Source of the DNA: Deltaproteobacteria bacterium
GTDB taxonomy: Bacteria; Desulfobacterota; GWC2-55-46; UBA9637
Length of the DNA: 64,000 bases
Assembly (NCBI GenBank): GCA_016214995.1
Contig: JACRML010000058.1
Location: forward strand, 4,194 to 68,193
Reading direction: 5' to 3'
Position 1 is the stretch's first letter. Each line of letters opens with the position of its first letter. Made by a program: the position numbers and the translations under genes. A model generated the notes under the pieces. That model saw only the letters and a program-made list of their open reading frames with translations. It was not told the origin of the DNA and made no database searches. Below are positions 9,730-20,255 of the stretch, in pieces.

Positions 9730-11751
9730 TCAGGTTCCGGGGTTCTCGTTTGGTTTGTCTGGAGCATCGCCGTTTTTATCACCGGTCTCTTCCTTTTTTT
9801 CCGGAGGGGCGTCCTTAAATATTTTTTCCCTTTCATTTTTTAAGTCGTCAAGACCGCCGAAATCATTTACTATAGTCGGCGTCAGATAAATAAGGAGATT
9901 TGTCTTTTGCTTATTCGTTGAAGAATATTTAAAGAGCCATCCGAGAAGCGGAATATCTCCAAGAAGAGGCACCTTTGTCACACTCTTTATCTCCTTATCC
10001 TGTATAAGCCCGCCAATAACTATAGTCTGCCTGTTCCTTACAACCACAGATGTCTTTGCGGACCGTTTTGTAGTTATGGCAAGGCCTTCGCTTGCAGTGG
10101 TCGGGGCAACGGCGGATATCTCCTGATAGATGTCTAATTTAACATAGTCTCCAGCGCTTACCTGCGGCTTGATTCTAAGTGTAATACCGATGTCTTTTCT
10201 TTCTATGGATTGGAGAATTGGCTGATTTGTTGTAGTGGCCTCTCTTTCGAGCTTGCTTAAAAATGGCACATTCTCACCGACTACAATCTCCGCTTCTTTA
10301 TTATCGCTTGTCAGTATATGAGGCGTGGAAAGGACATTTATAGTATCCCTGAATTCAGAAAGGCCAAAGAGTGCGGCAAAACCAGGAGCGGTCAGGTTAA
10401 AGCTGGAACCGTCCGGTCTTGTTACAGGCACCGAAATAAAATTGCCAACACCTCCGATGGTCAGGCCTGCCATGCCGCTTATTATCTTCTGGATGGATGA
10501 TGAATCAACAGTCCCCACACCGCCGATTGCTACCGGTTCACCCTTTTGGGTAGCGGAGACCCGCCACTTGACGCCAAGATCAATGGCCTTGTTTATGGAT
10601 ACCTCTGTTATCATTGCCTCCACAAAAACCTGCCTTGGCCGCATGTCAAGTTTTTTGATAATCTGCACAAGATTTTGATAATCCGCCGGCGAAGCCATAA
10701 TAATCAGCGAATTTGTCGCCTTGTCCGGAGTTATACTTATCCTGCCGCTAAATTCAGATGATGCCTGCTGTCCCGGAGGAGTTACGGGGGGGGCGCCGGG
10801 GCCAGTGGTTTGTCTGGTAATACCTTCCAAAACCTTAGAGGTATCGGTTGCATCGGCATTTTCCAGGTAATACACATTAATCCTTGAGCTTGTTTCAGGC
10901 GGAGGAACATCCAGAAGGGATATGAACCTTTTATATTCTTCCTTTTCATCCGGTGAACCAAAGAGGATAATGGCATTTAACCTTGTATCAGTTACGAATC
11001 TCAAGCTATCCTGGCCTGCCTGCGGCGCTGCTCCTGTTTTTGGTTGAACCCACTTCTTTCCAATTCCTTGTTTTAATATATGAGACAATGTTTCCACCTG
11101 GGCGTATTTCAGATATATTATCTCATGAGGATAGGTTATCTGCTCTACATCCATAAGTTTTACAATATCCAGAATCTTTTCAATATTCTGCATAGTGTCA
11201 AGGATGAGAATCGCATTTCCTGAGCCAAAGGCTGATAAATAGCCGTCTCTGGACACTAATGGTTGGAGGATTGGCAGTACCTCCTGAATCGGGATGAATG
11301 CAAGGGTGATGAGCCTTGCAATATATGATTCATTAACAACAGGTTTTTCCCTGTCTTTAAATACCCCTATGGAACTTTGCTTGACCATTGAAGATGGGAT
11401 GATTTTGTAGGCTGCGCCGGTTTCTATAACAGTAAAACCCTTTAACTCCAGAACAGAGGTAAAGAGATTAAATGCCTCTTCTATGCTGAACTTGGAAGGG
11501 GCGACTACGGTAATCTTCCCTCTAATGCGCTCATCATATATGAAGTTCTTGCCTGTTATCTCGCTTATGAATCTTATAACGGTGGGTAATTCCACATCCA
11601 CAAAGTTCAGGGTGATGTCCTCCTCTTTTTTCTGTTTCGCTGAGCCTTTGTCTTCGGTATGCGCTAAAACAGGTGTGAGGATATATGGAAGGATGAGGAG
11701 GCAATATAAAAACAGATAAATGGATTTTCTTTTTAACGCAGTTTTATTCAT
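9730..11751 (-). CDS. gspD: Type II secretion secretin D
   Basis: ITLNFVDVELPTVIRFISEITGKNFIYDERIRGKITV; C-term VVVRNRQTIVIGGLIQD...PLLGDIPLLGWLFK. Confidence 0.97.
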   Translation of the reverse strand: MNKTALKRKSIYLFLYCLLILPYILTPVLAHTEDKGSAKQKKEEDITLNFVDVELPTVIRFISEITGKNFIYDERIRGKITVVAPSKFSIEEAFNLFTSVLELKGFTVIETGAAYKIIPSSMVKQSSIGVFKDREKPVVNESYIARLITLAFIPIQEVLPILQPLVSRDGYLSAFGSGNAILILDTMQNIEKILDIVKLMDVEQITYPHEIIYLKYAQVETLSHILKQGIGKKWVQPKTGAAPQAGQDSLRFVTDTRLNAIILFGSPDEKEEYKRFISLLDVPPPETSSRINVYYLENADATDTSKVLEGITRQTTGPGAPPVTPPGQQASSEFSGRISITPDKATNSLIIMASPADYQNLVQIIKKLDMRPRQVFVEAMITEVSINKAIDLGVKWRVSATQKGEPVAIGGVGTVDSSSIQKIISGMAGLTIGGVGNFISVPVTRPDGSSFNLTAPGFAALFGLSEFRDTINVLSTPHILTSDNKEAEIVVGENVPFLSKLEREATTTNQPILQSIERKDIGITLRIKPQVSAGDYVKLDIYQEISAVAPTTASEGLAITTKRSAKTSVVVRNRQTIVIGGLIQDKEIKSVTKVPLLGDIPLLGWLFKYSSTNKQKTNLLIYLTPTIVNDFGGLDDLKNEREKIFKDAPPEKKEETGDKNGDAPDKPNENPGT

Positions 11752-11773
11752 TGTCTGTCACCAAAATTTCAAG

Positions 11774-12685
11774 CTACCTGATTTGATATTTCATATTCAT
11801 CTTCTGGCCACCCCTTATGATATCCAGAGATATGCTGGATTCTCCCTTAAGGCCTGTCAGAAGCTGTACTCCCTTTTCAGGAGAGTCTATCTTATAATTA
11901 TTCACGCTCAAAAGGATATCACCATTTTTCAATCCAATAAGATTGAATACCCCTTCCGGCTTAATTTCACTAACGCGGAAACCAACAATTTTATCGCCTT
12001 CTTTATAAGGCAAAAGCCTGCCGTCGGTCAATATCTTGCTCATATCCTCCAGGGTTTTAGAGAGCGCCCTCTGGTCAATAAGCCATTCCTTTTCACTAAT
12101 CTTTTGAGATATTACAGGAGTCTGGCTTGCTTGATTAGGCAAAATACTATCTGTGGTTTTGCGCCCACCGTCAACAGCTTCAAGGGGCATGCTGAAAGAT
12201 ATCTTTCTGGCATCTGCAAGGATGTACGCCTTGTCTTTCTCAACCTCTTTTAAAATACCGATGTCAAATACCGGCGCATTTTTCTTAAATACCTCTTGTC
12301 TCTTTGAGCCTATTTCTTCAAATATTGCATAACTTTTTCCAAGCTGTGAAACAACTGTTCCAATAAGTGCAATTGTCCGTTCCGCAGAATTTTCCTGAGA
12401 AGGAAGAACATCTTTAGATGTCGATGTATCCAAAAAGCTAAATTTATCGGCAGGGGCAAACAGCCCGTTTTCTACTATAGGGGCATAATCGTTAAACTCC
12501 CTTTTAGGTTTAATCTCTGAACCTGTCCGGGTGTTTTTTTGCAATTCTGCTTTCTGCAGAACCGCATAGCGGGTAGTTAGATAGTTGCTGGCTAAGGACG
12601 CCAAGGAAAATAGAATACCAAGGAACAACAGCAGGTTAAGAATATTTATTGATTTTACATTCACACTTTTCACAAGAATACGCAA
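11774..12685 (-). CDS. gspC: Type II secretion protein C (HR + PDZ domains)
   Basis: N-term TM, FNLIGLKNGDILLSVNNYKI PDZ-like region; first gene before gspD. Confidence 0.88.
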   Translation of the reverse strand: MRILVKSVNVKSINILNLLLFLGILFSLASLASNYLTTRYAVLQKAELQKNTRTGSEIKPKREFNDYAPIVENGLFAPADKFSFLDTSTSKDVLPSQENSAERTIALIGTVVSQLGKSYAIFEEIGSKRQEVFKKNAPVFDIGILKEVEKDKAYILADARKISFSMPLEAVDGGRKTTDSILPNQASQTPVISQKISEKEWLIDQRALSKTLEDMSKILTDGRLLPYKEGDKIVGFRVSEIKPEGVFNLIGLKNGDILLSVNNYKIDSPEKGVQLLTGLKGESSISLDIIRGGQKMNMKYQIR

Positions 12686-12755
12686 TGATTGAAACGGCTC
12701 TATTTAAGTATAAAAGATACTATAAAATGGCATAGAAGGCAAATAGAAAGATTAA

Positions 12756-13006
12756 CCCCAAAATAGACATTGACTTTGGGGGAAACTGCCCCCGATTGAT
12801 TCTATCGGGGGCTGCCAGACGAGGCAGAGGCCATTTTTGCTACGAGCCGTATGACACCTATACGGTGAGGAGCAAAAATTGGCCGATAATTAAGTCGGGG
12901 CACCCAAGCAAAGCTTGGGGCGGGCAAATCGGCTGGCTCCATTTGCTGCGAAGCAATTGCAAGTGGAAGATTTAAAATAGCGAGGTTTTTAATCGCTATT
13001 TTACGG
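12756..13006 (+). repeat. Structured intergenic repeat family, copy A
   Basis: CCCCAAAATAGACATTGACTTTGGGG ... GAGCCGTAT..ATACGGTGAGGAGCAAAAATTGGCCGATAA ... GGCTGGCTCCATTTGCTGCGAAGCAATTGCAAGTGG ... AAAATAGCGA..TCGCTATTTTACGG. Confidence 0.9.
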
Positions 13007-13101
13007 ATTAATCTTTATTTTGACAATGCGCTTATTTTGTATTATAGATACCTGTAAATTGTCTATACGTCGTAAGACGTATGCCAAGGGGAGTTGATTG
13101 A

Positions 13102-13905
13102 ATGCAGAAAACCCTTTTTGCCCTTTATATGCTTTTCCTATCGCTGTCATTCATTACGGCTTGCGGAAAGGATGGTTCTCATAAGGAAAAAATCGCCTCG
13201 GTTAATGATACCACAATATCTCTGGAGGAATTTCAAAAAGAGGTCTCCATACTCTCCAGGAGAAACCCCACCCTTAAGATAACACCCAATGCACTTGAAG
13301 AACATCTCAACGCCGTCATTGACAAAAAACTTTTGCTGCAGGAGGCAAGAAAACAAGGATTGACAGAGAACCCGCGGTTTGCAGAAACAATAAAAACATT
13401 CTGGGAACAGACCCTGATAAAAGAGCTTATAGACTTAAAAACCAGAGAGTGGGCGGGCAGGCTTTTCGCAACAGAAGAGGAGGTCAATAAACATTATCAA
13501 AGAATGCAGTATATGCCGACGGTAAGATTGGCAAAGGCAAAAAACAAGGAGCAGGCCGTGGCAATAAAGGAGAAGATGCTGAAAAAGCTACCAGTTGCCG
13601 GAGAAGATACAGTAGGGCCGTTGTTTATTGAAGATGTTGGGTCGAGTGCACTTCTTAATGCGTTTGACATGGATGCCGGAGAAATAATGGCATATGAAAC
13701 TGACGGCGGGTATATTGTCATATCTGTTGTAAAAAGCGAAAAGACCGAGCTCCCCACGCTTAAAGAGAGTTATGACCATATCAAGGAATATATCGTTGAA
13801 CAAAAAAAGCAGGGCATTTTGGAAGAATGGCTGAAGAATGTTAAAGGCGCTGCCAAAATACAAATCAATGCCGGTATGTTGAAAGGGCTTGCCAATGAGC
13901 AATAA
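13102..13905 (+). CDS. SurA-N/PpiC-like lipoprotein (peptidyl-prolyl isomerase family)
   Basis: Lipobox LSFITACGK; VNDTTISLEEFQKEV...LNAVIDKKLLLQEARKQGL motif. Confidence 0.75.
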   Translation: MQKTLFALYMLFLSLSFITACGKDGSHKEKIASVNDTTISLEEFQKEVSILSRRNPTLKITPNALEEHLNAVIDKKLLLQEARKQGLTENPRFAETIKTFWEQTLIKELIDLKTREWAGRLFATEEEVNKHYQRMQYMPTVRLAKAKNKEQAVAIKEKMLKKLPVAGEDTVGPLFIEDVGSSALLNAFDMDAGEIMAYETDGGYIVISVVKSEKTELPTLKESYDHIKEYIVEQKKQGILEEWLKNVKGAAKIQINAGMLKGLANEQ

Positions 13906-14518
13906 AAAAGCCTTCAGACGCAGAAACTATTTTATTAAAAAGAAATTCCAGTTGGATTTCTCTGCCAAATTTCTCGTAATTATAGTCATAGAGGCTGTTT
14001 TGGCAATCGGACTTTTTCTGTATCTGTCAAAAGGCACTTTGACAACCGGCTACTCTGGCTCAGAGCTTAAGGTGGCCAGCACATATAATTTTTTCCTCCC
14101 CATGCTGCTTTTCTCAAATATCATAATAGTCGGCGTAACCGCCATTGCAGGCATAGTTGTCCTTGTATTTTTATCGCACAGGATAGCCGGGCCGTTATAC
14201 CGCTTTGAAAATGTTTTAAGCGAAATCGGCAGCGGCAACCTGACCTACAGATTCAAATTAAGAGAAACAGACCAGTTTGTGGAATTGGAGAACAGCATAA
14301 ATGTACTGGCCACTGCTATTGATAAAAACATGGGCGGGGTAAAATACAGGGTTGCTGAAATTTCAAGGTTTCTTGCTGAGATAAAAACTGCCGCCGCCCA
14401 AAATCCCAATGCACCTTCTAACAAAGAACTGGACCGCCTCTTACAGGAGACAGCTAAAAAACTTCTTGAACTTGAGGAGGCTGTAAATTATTTCAAAACC
14501 TCAGGCCGTGAGAGTTGA
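13889..14518 (+). CDS. Two-TM HAMP domain membrane protein
   Basis: HRIAGPLYRFENVLSEIGSGNLTYRFKLRETDQF HAMP signature. Confidence 0.7.
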   Translation: MPMSNKKAFRRRNYFIKKKFQLDFSAKFLVIIVIEAVLAIGLFLYLSKGTLTTGYSGSELKVASTYNFFLPMLLFSNIIIVGVTAIAGIVVLVFLSHRIAGPLYRFENVLSEIGSGNLTYRFKLRETDQFVELENSINVLATAIDKNMGGVKYRVAEISRFLAEIKTAAAQNPNAPSNKELDRLLQETAKKLLELEEAVNYFKTSGRES

Positions 14519-15119
14519 GGATTTAAGGAGCGCAAAGTTGAGGAGCTTATCTTTTATCTCCACCCTCTGTCTCCACTCTCTTTTTTTTATTCTTTTCATC
14601 GCCTCCTGCCCGCCTTACCTTGCCGCACAAGACTTGCCCTCTGCACAAACAGGGGAGTGGGCAAATCCATACAACACGCAATATGCGAGCATATACTATT
14701 TAAACGACAGTGACCTCAACACCTTTACCCGAAGTATCGGCAAAGGATTTACATTTTTCGGCGAGAGCCAGGAAAAGAATCCTATGCTGGCAAAAAACAG
14801 GGTTGATGCTATTGTTGAAAGGGTAAGACGTCTCCTTGATATGTATCCGCCAAATCTTCATTTTAAGGTATATATTTATCCCACTTACAGGGAATTAGGA
14901 TTAAAATATCTCGGTACAGGCAATTTTGGAAAATCCCCCATAGCGTTTTACAATCACAAAACTGCGGCTATCTATATTTCGCTACCTGACATCACCGGCG
15001 GCGTCTTAGCTCATGAAATAGCCCATACTGTGATAAATTTCTTCTTTGCTGTGCCGCCGCCCACAGCCATGCAGGAGATACTTGCGCAATATGTAGACAG
15101 GCACTTGTGGGAAGAATAG
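14508..15119 (+). CDS. Secreted peptidase-MA-like (gluzincin) protein
   Basis: VLAHEIAHTVINFFF HEXXH motif with signal-like N-term. Confidence 0.6.
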   Translation: MRVEDLRSAKLRSLSFISTLCLHSLFFILFIASCPPYLAAQDLPSAQTGEWANPYNTQYASIYYLNDSDLNTFTRSIGKGFTFFGESQEKNPMLAKNRVDAIVERVRRLLDMYPPNLHFKVYIYPTYRELGLKYLGTGNFGKSPIAFYNHKTAAIYISLPDITGGVLAHEIAHTVINFFFAVPPPTAMQEILAQYVDRHLWEE

Positions 15120-15217
15120 GGAATTATAGCTAATAGCTGTTAGCTCATGGCAACTGTAATACATAACTCCTGCTGTAAAAAGGCGATTAAAAACCTATTT
15201 TTGGAATGGAATAACGA

Positions 15218-15940
15218 ATGATTTATAAGGCCATTCAAACACTCTTTTGGAAAGCCTATTTGCTCAAGGATGCTGTTTTTAAAAAAAGGCTTTACACTGA
15301 GCTAAAAAACATAACAAAATCCCTTGAAGAGGATATATTTACGAAACTTCAAACAAAGGGAATTGCAGAAGCCTCTATTGAAATAACCGGGACAGCGCTA
15401 AATATTAATCAAGATACCCGCGAAAAGCGGGGGGTGGAATATTCTATCCCTGCCTCCCAAAACGTAATAGAATTTTTCAAGGCATTGGATATATCAAAAA
15501 TAGAGATGGATGTAATTCTTGAATCCAATCATATAATGGATATCTTTAGAGACATATATGCAATGAGAAAAGAAACCTCCATTCTAACCGACGGCTATAA
15601 GGCATATTGCGCCATAACCAATTTTTTTCCGGATTCAGGCCTCCTATCAATTAAATATAACTACTGCGAGCTTGACTATTCAAAGGCAGTAAGGGGTATT
15701 AAAGAAAAAGGCAGGCTTAAGGACCACAGGGTGTTTTTCCAGAAAGCACTCCCCTACAGCATCACCGTAGGTTTGGTCGTTATGATGTTAGGGCTGGCAT
15801 ATCCATATATCCCAAGGCAGTTATCCATAGCCCTGTCAATCCTGATAGGACTCGGGGCAGGAATCGTCACCTTTCTGATATTTCAGGTATTGGGTTCTCT
15901 GGAATATGACAAAGAGTATCTGGAAAAGAGATTAAAATAG
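15218..15940 (+). CDS. Hypothetical protein with two C-terminal TM segments
   Basis: ORF integrity; YSITVGLVVMMLGLAYPYIP / LSIALSILIGLGAGIVTFLIF. Confidence 0.6.
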   Translation: MIYKAIQTLFWKAYLLKDAVFKKRLYTELKNITKSLEEDIFTKLQTKGIAEASIEITGTALNINQDTREKRGVEYSIPASQNVIEFFKALDISKIEMDVILESNHIMDIFRDIYAMRKETSILTDGYKAYCAITNFFPDSGLLSIKYNYCELDYSKAVRGIKEKGRLKDHRVFFQKALPYSITVGLVVMMLGLAYPYIPRQLSIALSILIGLGAGIVTFLIFQVLGSLEYDKEYLEKRLK

Positions 15941-15951
15941 GGACACATCCC
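15934..15951 (+). repeat. Left inverted repeat AAAATAGGGACACATCCC flanking the Y1 transposase
   Basis: Exact reverse complement of 16672..16689. Confidence 0.92.
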
Positions 15952-15983
15952 TTTTATTCTTGACATCAAGATAAGCCAATGTT

Positions 15984-16670
15984 ATGAAAGTTGCCATGCC
16001 AAGGATAGCAAGAATAGTAGGCTTAGGATACCCACATCATGTAATACAACGCGGGAATAACAGAGAAAAGGCCTTTCTTGACGATGAAGATTTTAAGAAG
16101 TATCTCTCCCTGCTTGAAAAATACTTATCTAATAAGGAAGTTGTATTGCAGGGTTACTGCCTCATGACTAACCACGTTCATTTGCTTTTGAAACCCCTCA
16201 AAGAACAATCGTTATACAAGATGATACAGGGGATAACCCTTTGCTACACGCAGTATTTTAACAAAAAATACAGCCGAACTGGTCGTTTGTGGGAATGCAG
16301 ATACCATTCCTGCATAGTTGATGCAGAACGGTATTTATGGGCAGTAAGCCGGTATATAGAAAGAAATCCAGTAAGGGCAAAAATGGTTGAAAACCCAGAA
16401 GACTACTGCTATTCCAGCGCAAGGTCACACATTTTGGGAGAAGCAAATCAATTAGTTGGAGAACCGTTGTTTGGTGAAAGAGAGTTATCTCAATATAAGT
16501 TATTTGTCAAACGTAAGGAAAAAGAAGAAGAACTGGAAGATATAAGAAAAAAAACAAGGTTAGGAAAGCCCCTTGGAGGTGAAACATTTTTAAGATTACT
16601 TTCAGAAAAATTAGGTCGAACACTTACATTTAGGCCAAAGGGCAGGCCAGCAAAAAAAGAGGGTGGTTAA
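15984..16670 (+). mobile_element. REP-associated tyrosine transposase (RAYT / TnpA_REP, Y1_Tnp)
   Basis: GYPHHVIQRGNNREKAF, GYCLMTNHVHLLLKP, RYIERNPVRAKMV, YCYSSARSH. Confidence 0.93.
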
Positions 16671-18007
16671 TGGGATGTGTCCCTATTTTTGATAGAGATA
16701 TCCTTAAGCTTGCGTCTCCAGTATTCTTCGGCATGCTTTCTCAAACCATATTTTATGCTGTTGACACCGCAATGCTGGGAAGGGTTGGTGTGGAGGCATT
16801 GGCAGCGGCCGGTCTCGGCTGGTTCGTTGTCTGGATATTCGGAAGCAGCCTTATGGCTGTGGAGGTGGGAACTCAAAGCCTTGTCGCAAGGAGATTTGGA
16901 GAGGGAGATTGGGAGGCATGCGGAGGGCTTCTTGACAATACCTTATTCTTCACCGTATCATTCGGACTTGTATTTTCTGTTGCAGGCTATCTCCTTGCCC
17001 CAGTGATATTTCCATACCTGTCCGATGATATAAAAATTATTCAGTATGGAATTGATTATCTGAAATACAGTTTCTTATCCATATTCTTTTTTCTCATCAT
17101 TGCCGCATTCAGGGGATTTTTTGACGGCCTTGGCCAACCGCATCTCTTTATGAAGGTTGCTATTGTCATGAATATCTCAAATATTATATTTGACTATGCC
17201 CTCATCTTTGGAAAATTTGGCTTTCCAAGACTTGAGGTAAAGGGTGCTGCCATTGCGTCGCTTATCGCCTCTTTAATAGGCGCTGCCTATTTCTTCAGCC
17301 TGAGTTTGAGAAATGGATTTGCAAGAAGATTCAGATATCTCAGTAGTTATACATTTGATCTGCCTGTTTTAAATTCTATCTTAAGGCTTGCCTTTCCTGC
17401 AATGATTAGGGTATTTTTCATAATGGCAGGGCTTACCATCTTTTTATGGATAGTAGGACGAATAGGTAAAACAGAGCTTGCGGCAAGCAACATACTCATG
17501 ACCCTTTCCTCTTTCACATTCCTCGCTGGTTATGGATTTGCAGTTGCGGCAGCTACTATGGTCAGCCAGAACCTCGGAAAAGGCAATGCGGAAGCTGCGG
17601 AAAGATACGGTTGGGAGGCTGTGAAGCTTGGACTCATATGCATGGGTTTTTTAGGAGTTATATTTATATTATTCCCAAAGATTATGCTTGAGATTTTTAC
17701 TGACCAAACTGCGGTCATAGATACCGGTAAAAACATACTTGTGCTCTTTGGGATAATACAATTTTTTGATGCTGTAAATCTTATCCTTTCCCATGCGCTT
17801 CAGGGTGCGGGCTGCACAAAGTGGGTTATGAAGGTAGAGGGGCTTGTGGTATGGCTTTTGTTTTTGCCGGCAGCATATATATTAAGTGTGGTATTGGGTT
17901 TCGGCCTTTATGGCGCATGGATAAGCATGTTTGCATATAGTTTGATTATGGCATTAAGCATGTTGTGGAAATTTAAGGCTGGCAAATGGAAAGAGGCGGA
18001 GATATAA
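16670..18007 (+). CDS. MATE family efflux transporter
   Basis: LASPVFFGMLSQTIFYAVDTAMLGRVG..., ATMVSQNLGKGNAEAAE; 12 TM pattern. Confidence 0.93.
   Translation: MGCVPIFDRDILKLASPVFFGMLSQTIFYAVDTAMLGRVGVEALAAAGLGWFVVWIFGSSLMAVEVGTQSLVARRFGEGDWEACGGLLDNTLFFTVSFGLVFSVAGYLLAPVIFPYLSDDIKIIQYGIDYLKYSFLSIFFFLIIAAFRGFFDGLGQPHLFMKVAIVMNISNIIFDYALIFGKFGFPRLEVKGAAIASLIASLIGAAYFFSLSLRNGFARRFRYLSSYTFDLPVLNSILRLAFPAMIRVFFIMAGLTIFLWIVGRIGKTELAASNILMTLSSFTFLAGYGFAVAAATMVSQNLGKGNAEAAERYGWEAVKLGLICMGFLGVIFILFPKIMLEIFTDQTAVIDTGKNILVLFGIIQFFDAVNLILSHALQGAGCTKWVMKVEGLVVWLLFLPAAYILSVVLGFGLYGAWISMFAYSLIMALSMLWKFKAGKWKEAEI
16672..16689 (+). repeat. Right inverted repeat GGGATGTGTCCCTATTTT
   Basis: Exact reverse complement of 15934..15951. 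Confidence 0.92.
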
Positions 18008-18075
18008 AAGAACAGGCAATGGGCAAGAGGCGCTAGGAAAACCTATAGCAATAGCCCCTCGCCCATAGCCTGTAT

Positions 18076-18594
18076 TTGAGGATGGTTTTGGAGATTATTG
18101 TAACGCAGGGCAGTCTTTTGGATGCCGATACAGATGCTATTGTAAATGCGGCAAACAGCCTTGGCCTTATGGGTGGCGGCGTGGCAATGGTCATAAAAAA
18201 GGCGGCGGGAGATATGGTGGAAGAAGAGGCAAAAAAACTTGCCCCTATACCGGTTGGCAAGGCAATATTAACAACAGCAGGAAGTCTAAAATTCAAAAGC
18301 ATCATCCACGCACCCACAATGGAAATACCCGGTATTAGGATTGTAGCTGCAAATGTTATAAAGGCGACCAAGGCAGCGCTTAAGCTGGCGGATGAAAATG
18401 GATATTCGGCCATAGCATTTCCAGGTATGGGCACAGGCATTGGTGGTGTAAAAAAATCCGTTGCAGCCAACGCCATGATTGAGACAATAAAAGATTTTAA
18501 TGCGCAGAATCTTAAAAAGGTTATACTTATTGATATAGATAATGAGATGGTGGAGGAATGGCGGCAGGCCGCAGCAGATAAAAAGCAGATATAA
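18076..18594 (+). CDS. Macro domain protein (ADP-ribose binding / deacetylase-like)
   Basis: DTDAIVNAANSLGLMGGGVAMVIKKAAG; FPGMGTGIGGV. Confidence 0.92.
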   Translation: MRMVLEIIVTQGSLLDADTDAIVNAANSLGLMGGGVAMVIKKAAGDMVEEEAKKLAPIPVGKAILTTAGSLKFKSIIHAPTMEIPGIRIVAANVIKATKAALKLADENGYSAIAFPGMGTGIGGVKKSVAANAMIETIKDFNAQNLKKVILIDIDNEMVEEWRQAAADKKQI

Positions 18595-18654
18595 AAGTAT
18601 CAAAGTGTAATAGTGTTATAGGGACAGAAAGACATTCTCTGATTCTTTGATACC

Positions 18655-20103
18655 ATGCCACCATGCAAAGATAATCATATGGCCCGAAATTACAGAACAG
18701 AAAGAGACCCTCTGGGCGAGAAAGATGTGCTTATAAATGCCTATTACGGCATCCAGACTGCAAGGGCTATTGAAAACTTTCCCATAAGCGGGATTACTCC
18801 GAAAAAGGAATTCATAACAGCCACAGCAATGGTAAAGAGGGCGACTGCCATTGCCAATATGACAAACGACAACCTTGATAAAAAGATTGGCAAGGCTATT
18901 GTCATGGCAGCGGATGAAATTATCAACGGAAGATTGCATAAAGAATTTATTGTGGATGTTTATCAGGCAGGCGCAGGCACATCCCATAACATGAACGCCA
19001 ATGAGGTGATTGCAAACAGGGCAATAGAGATTCTTGGCGGCAAAAAGGGAAATTACAAGCTCGTCCACCCCAACGACCATGTAAACATGTCTCAGTCAAC
19101 AAATGATACTGTGCCGACCGGCATGAGGATTGCCGGTCTGTTTATGACACACAAATTATTGGCTGAATTAAGGCTTTTGGAAAATACACTCACAGCCAAG
19201 GCAAAAGAGTTTGACGGCATTATTAAATCGGGACGGACCCATCTTCAGGATGCCGTTCCCATAAGGCTTGGGCAGGAATTTCACGCCTATGGCAAAACAA
19301 TTGCAAAGGGAATAAAAAGAATTGAAGCGGCGGAGGCCAGCTTAAAAGAACTCGGCATCGGCGCTACGGCGGCAGGCACAGGCATCAATACACATCCAAA
19401 TTACAGGAAGGAAGTTATACAGGCATTGAGGCATGTTACAGGGATAAAAGGCTTAAGACCTGCTGATGATATGCTTGAGGCAATAAACAGCATGGCTGAT
19501 TTCGTAAATCTGTCCTCGGCATTAAGAGGCCTTGCGATAGAACTTATACGGATTGCAAACGACCTGCGTCTTTTAAGCTCAGGCCCGCGAACAGGTTTTG
19601 CAGAGATAACCCTGCCTCCCGTCCAGCCGGGCTCATCCATCATGCCGGGCAAGGTAAATCCGGTTATGGCTGAGATGCTCAATATGGTCAGTTTTCAGGT
19701 TATGGGCAATGATTTGACTATTGCAATGGCGGCACAGGCAGGACAGCTTGAACTTAATGTGATGATGCCTGTGATAAACCACAATATGCTTCAGTCTCTC
19801 GAGATTCTTAAAAATAGTGTAAAAGCATTTACAGACAGGTGCGTAAAGGGCATAAAGGCAAATAAGACAAGATGCCGGGAGATGGCAGAAAAGAGCGTAG
19901 GCATTGCAACTGTTCTAAATCCGTTTGTTGGTTATCAGGCGGCAGCATCTGTTGCGAAAGAAGCAGTTGCAGGCGGGAAAACCATAAAAGAGATTGTGCT
20001 TAGAAACGGCATACTTTCTAAAAAAGAGATAGAAAAGATATTAGACACAATGGCCATGACAAGGCCAAGGGTTGTCAGAAAAAGTGACAAAGCATCAAAG
20101 TAA
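18655..20103 (+). CDS. aspA: Aspartate ammonia-lyase (fumarase/aspartase superfamily)
   Basis: ERDPLGEKDVLINAYYGIQTARAIENFPISG; SSIMPGKVNPVMAEM signature. Confidence 0.85.
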   Translation: MPPCKDNHMARNYRTERDPLGEKDVLINAYYGIQTARAIENFPISGITPKKEFITATAMVKRATAIANMTNDNLDKKIGKAIVMAADEIINGRLHKEFIVDVYQAGAGTSHNMNANEVIANRAIEILGGKKGNYKLVHPNDHVNMSQSTNDTVPTGMRIAGLFMTHKLLAELRLLENTLTAKAKEFDGIIKSGRTHLQDAVPIRLGQEFHAYGKTIAKGIKRIEAAEASLKELGIGATAAGTGINTHPNYRKEVIQALRHVTGIKGLRPADDMLEAINSMADFVNLSSALRGLAIELIRIANDLRLLSSGPRTGFAEITLPPVQPGSSIMPGKVNPVMAEMLNMVSFQVMGNDLTIAMAAQAGQLELNVMMPVINHNMLQSLEILKNSVKAFTDRCVKGIKANKTRCREMAEKSVGIATVLNPFVGYQAAASVAKEAVAGGKTIKEIVLRNGILSKKEIEKILDTMAMTRPRVVRKSDKASK

Positions 20104-20255
20104 AGGTGGGCAGAAGAACAGGTTAAGCAAAGACAGGTTAAGTAAAGACAGGTTGAGGAAATACTTAACCTTAGCCTCAGCCTTAGCCTAAACCTAAACT
20201 TTAACACGGCAAACTAATCAGAATAAAATTCCCTGAAATTCTATCGACGGCACAT

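Noticed and set aside
15984-16670. IS200/IS605 insertion sequence with tnpB
   Set aside because: The protein matches the REP-associated Y1 family, and no tnpB/IscB gene is adjacent.
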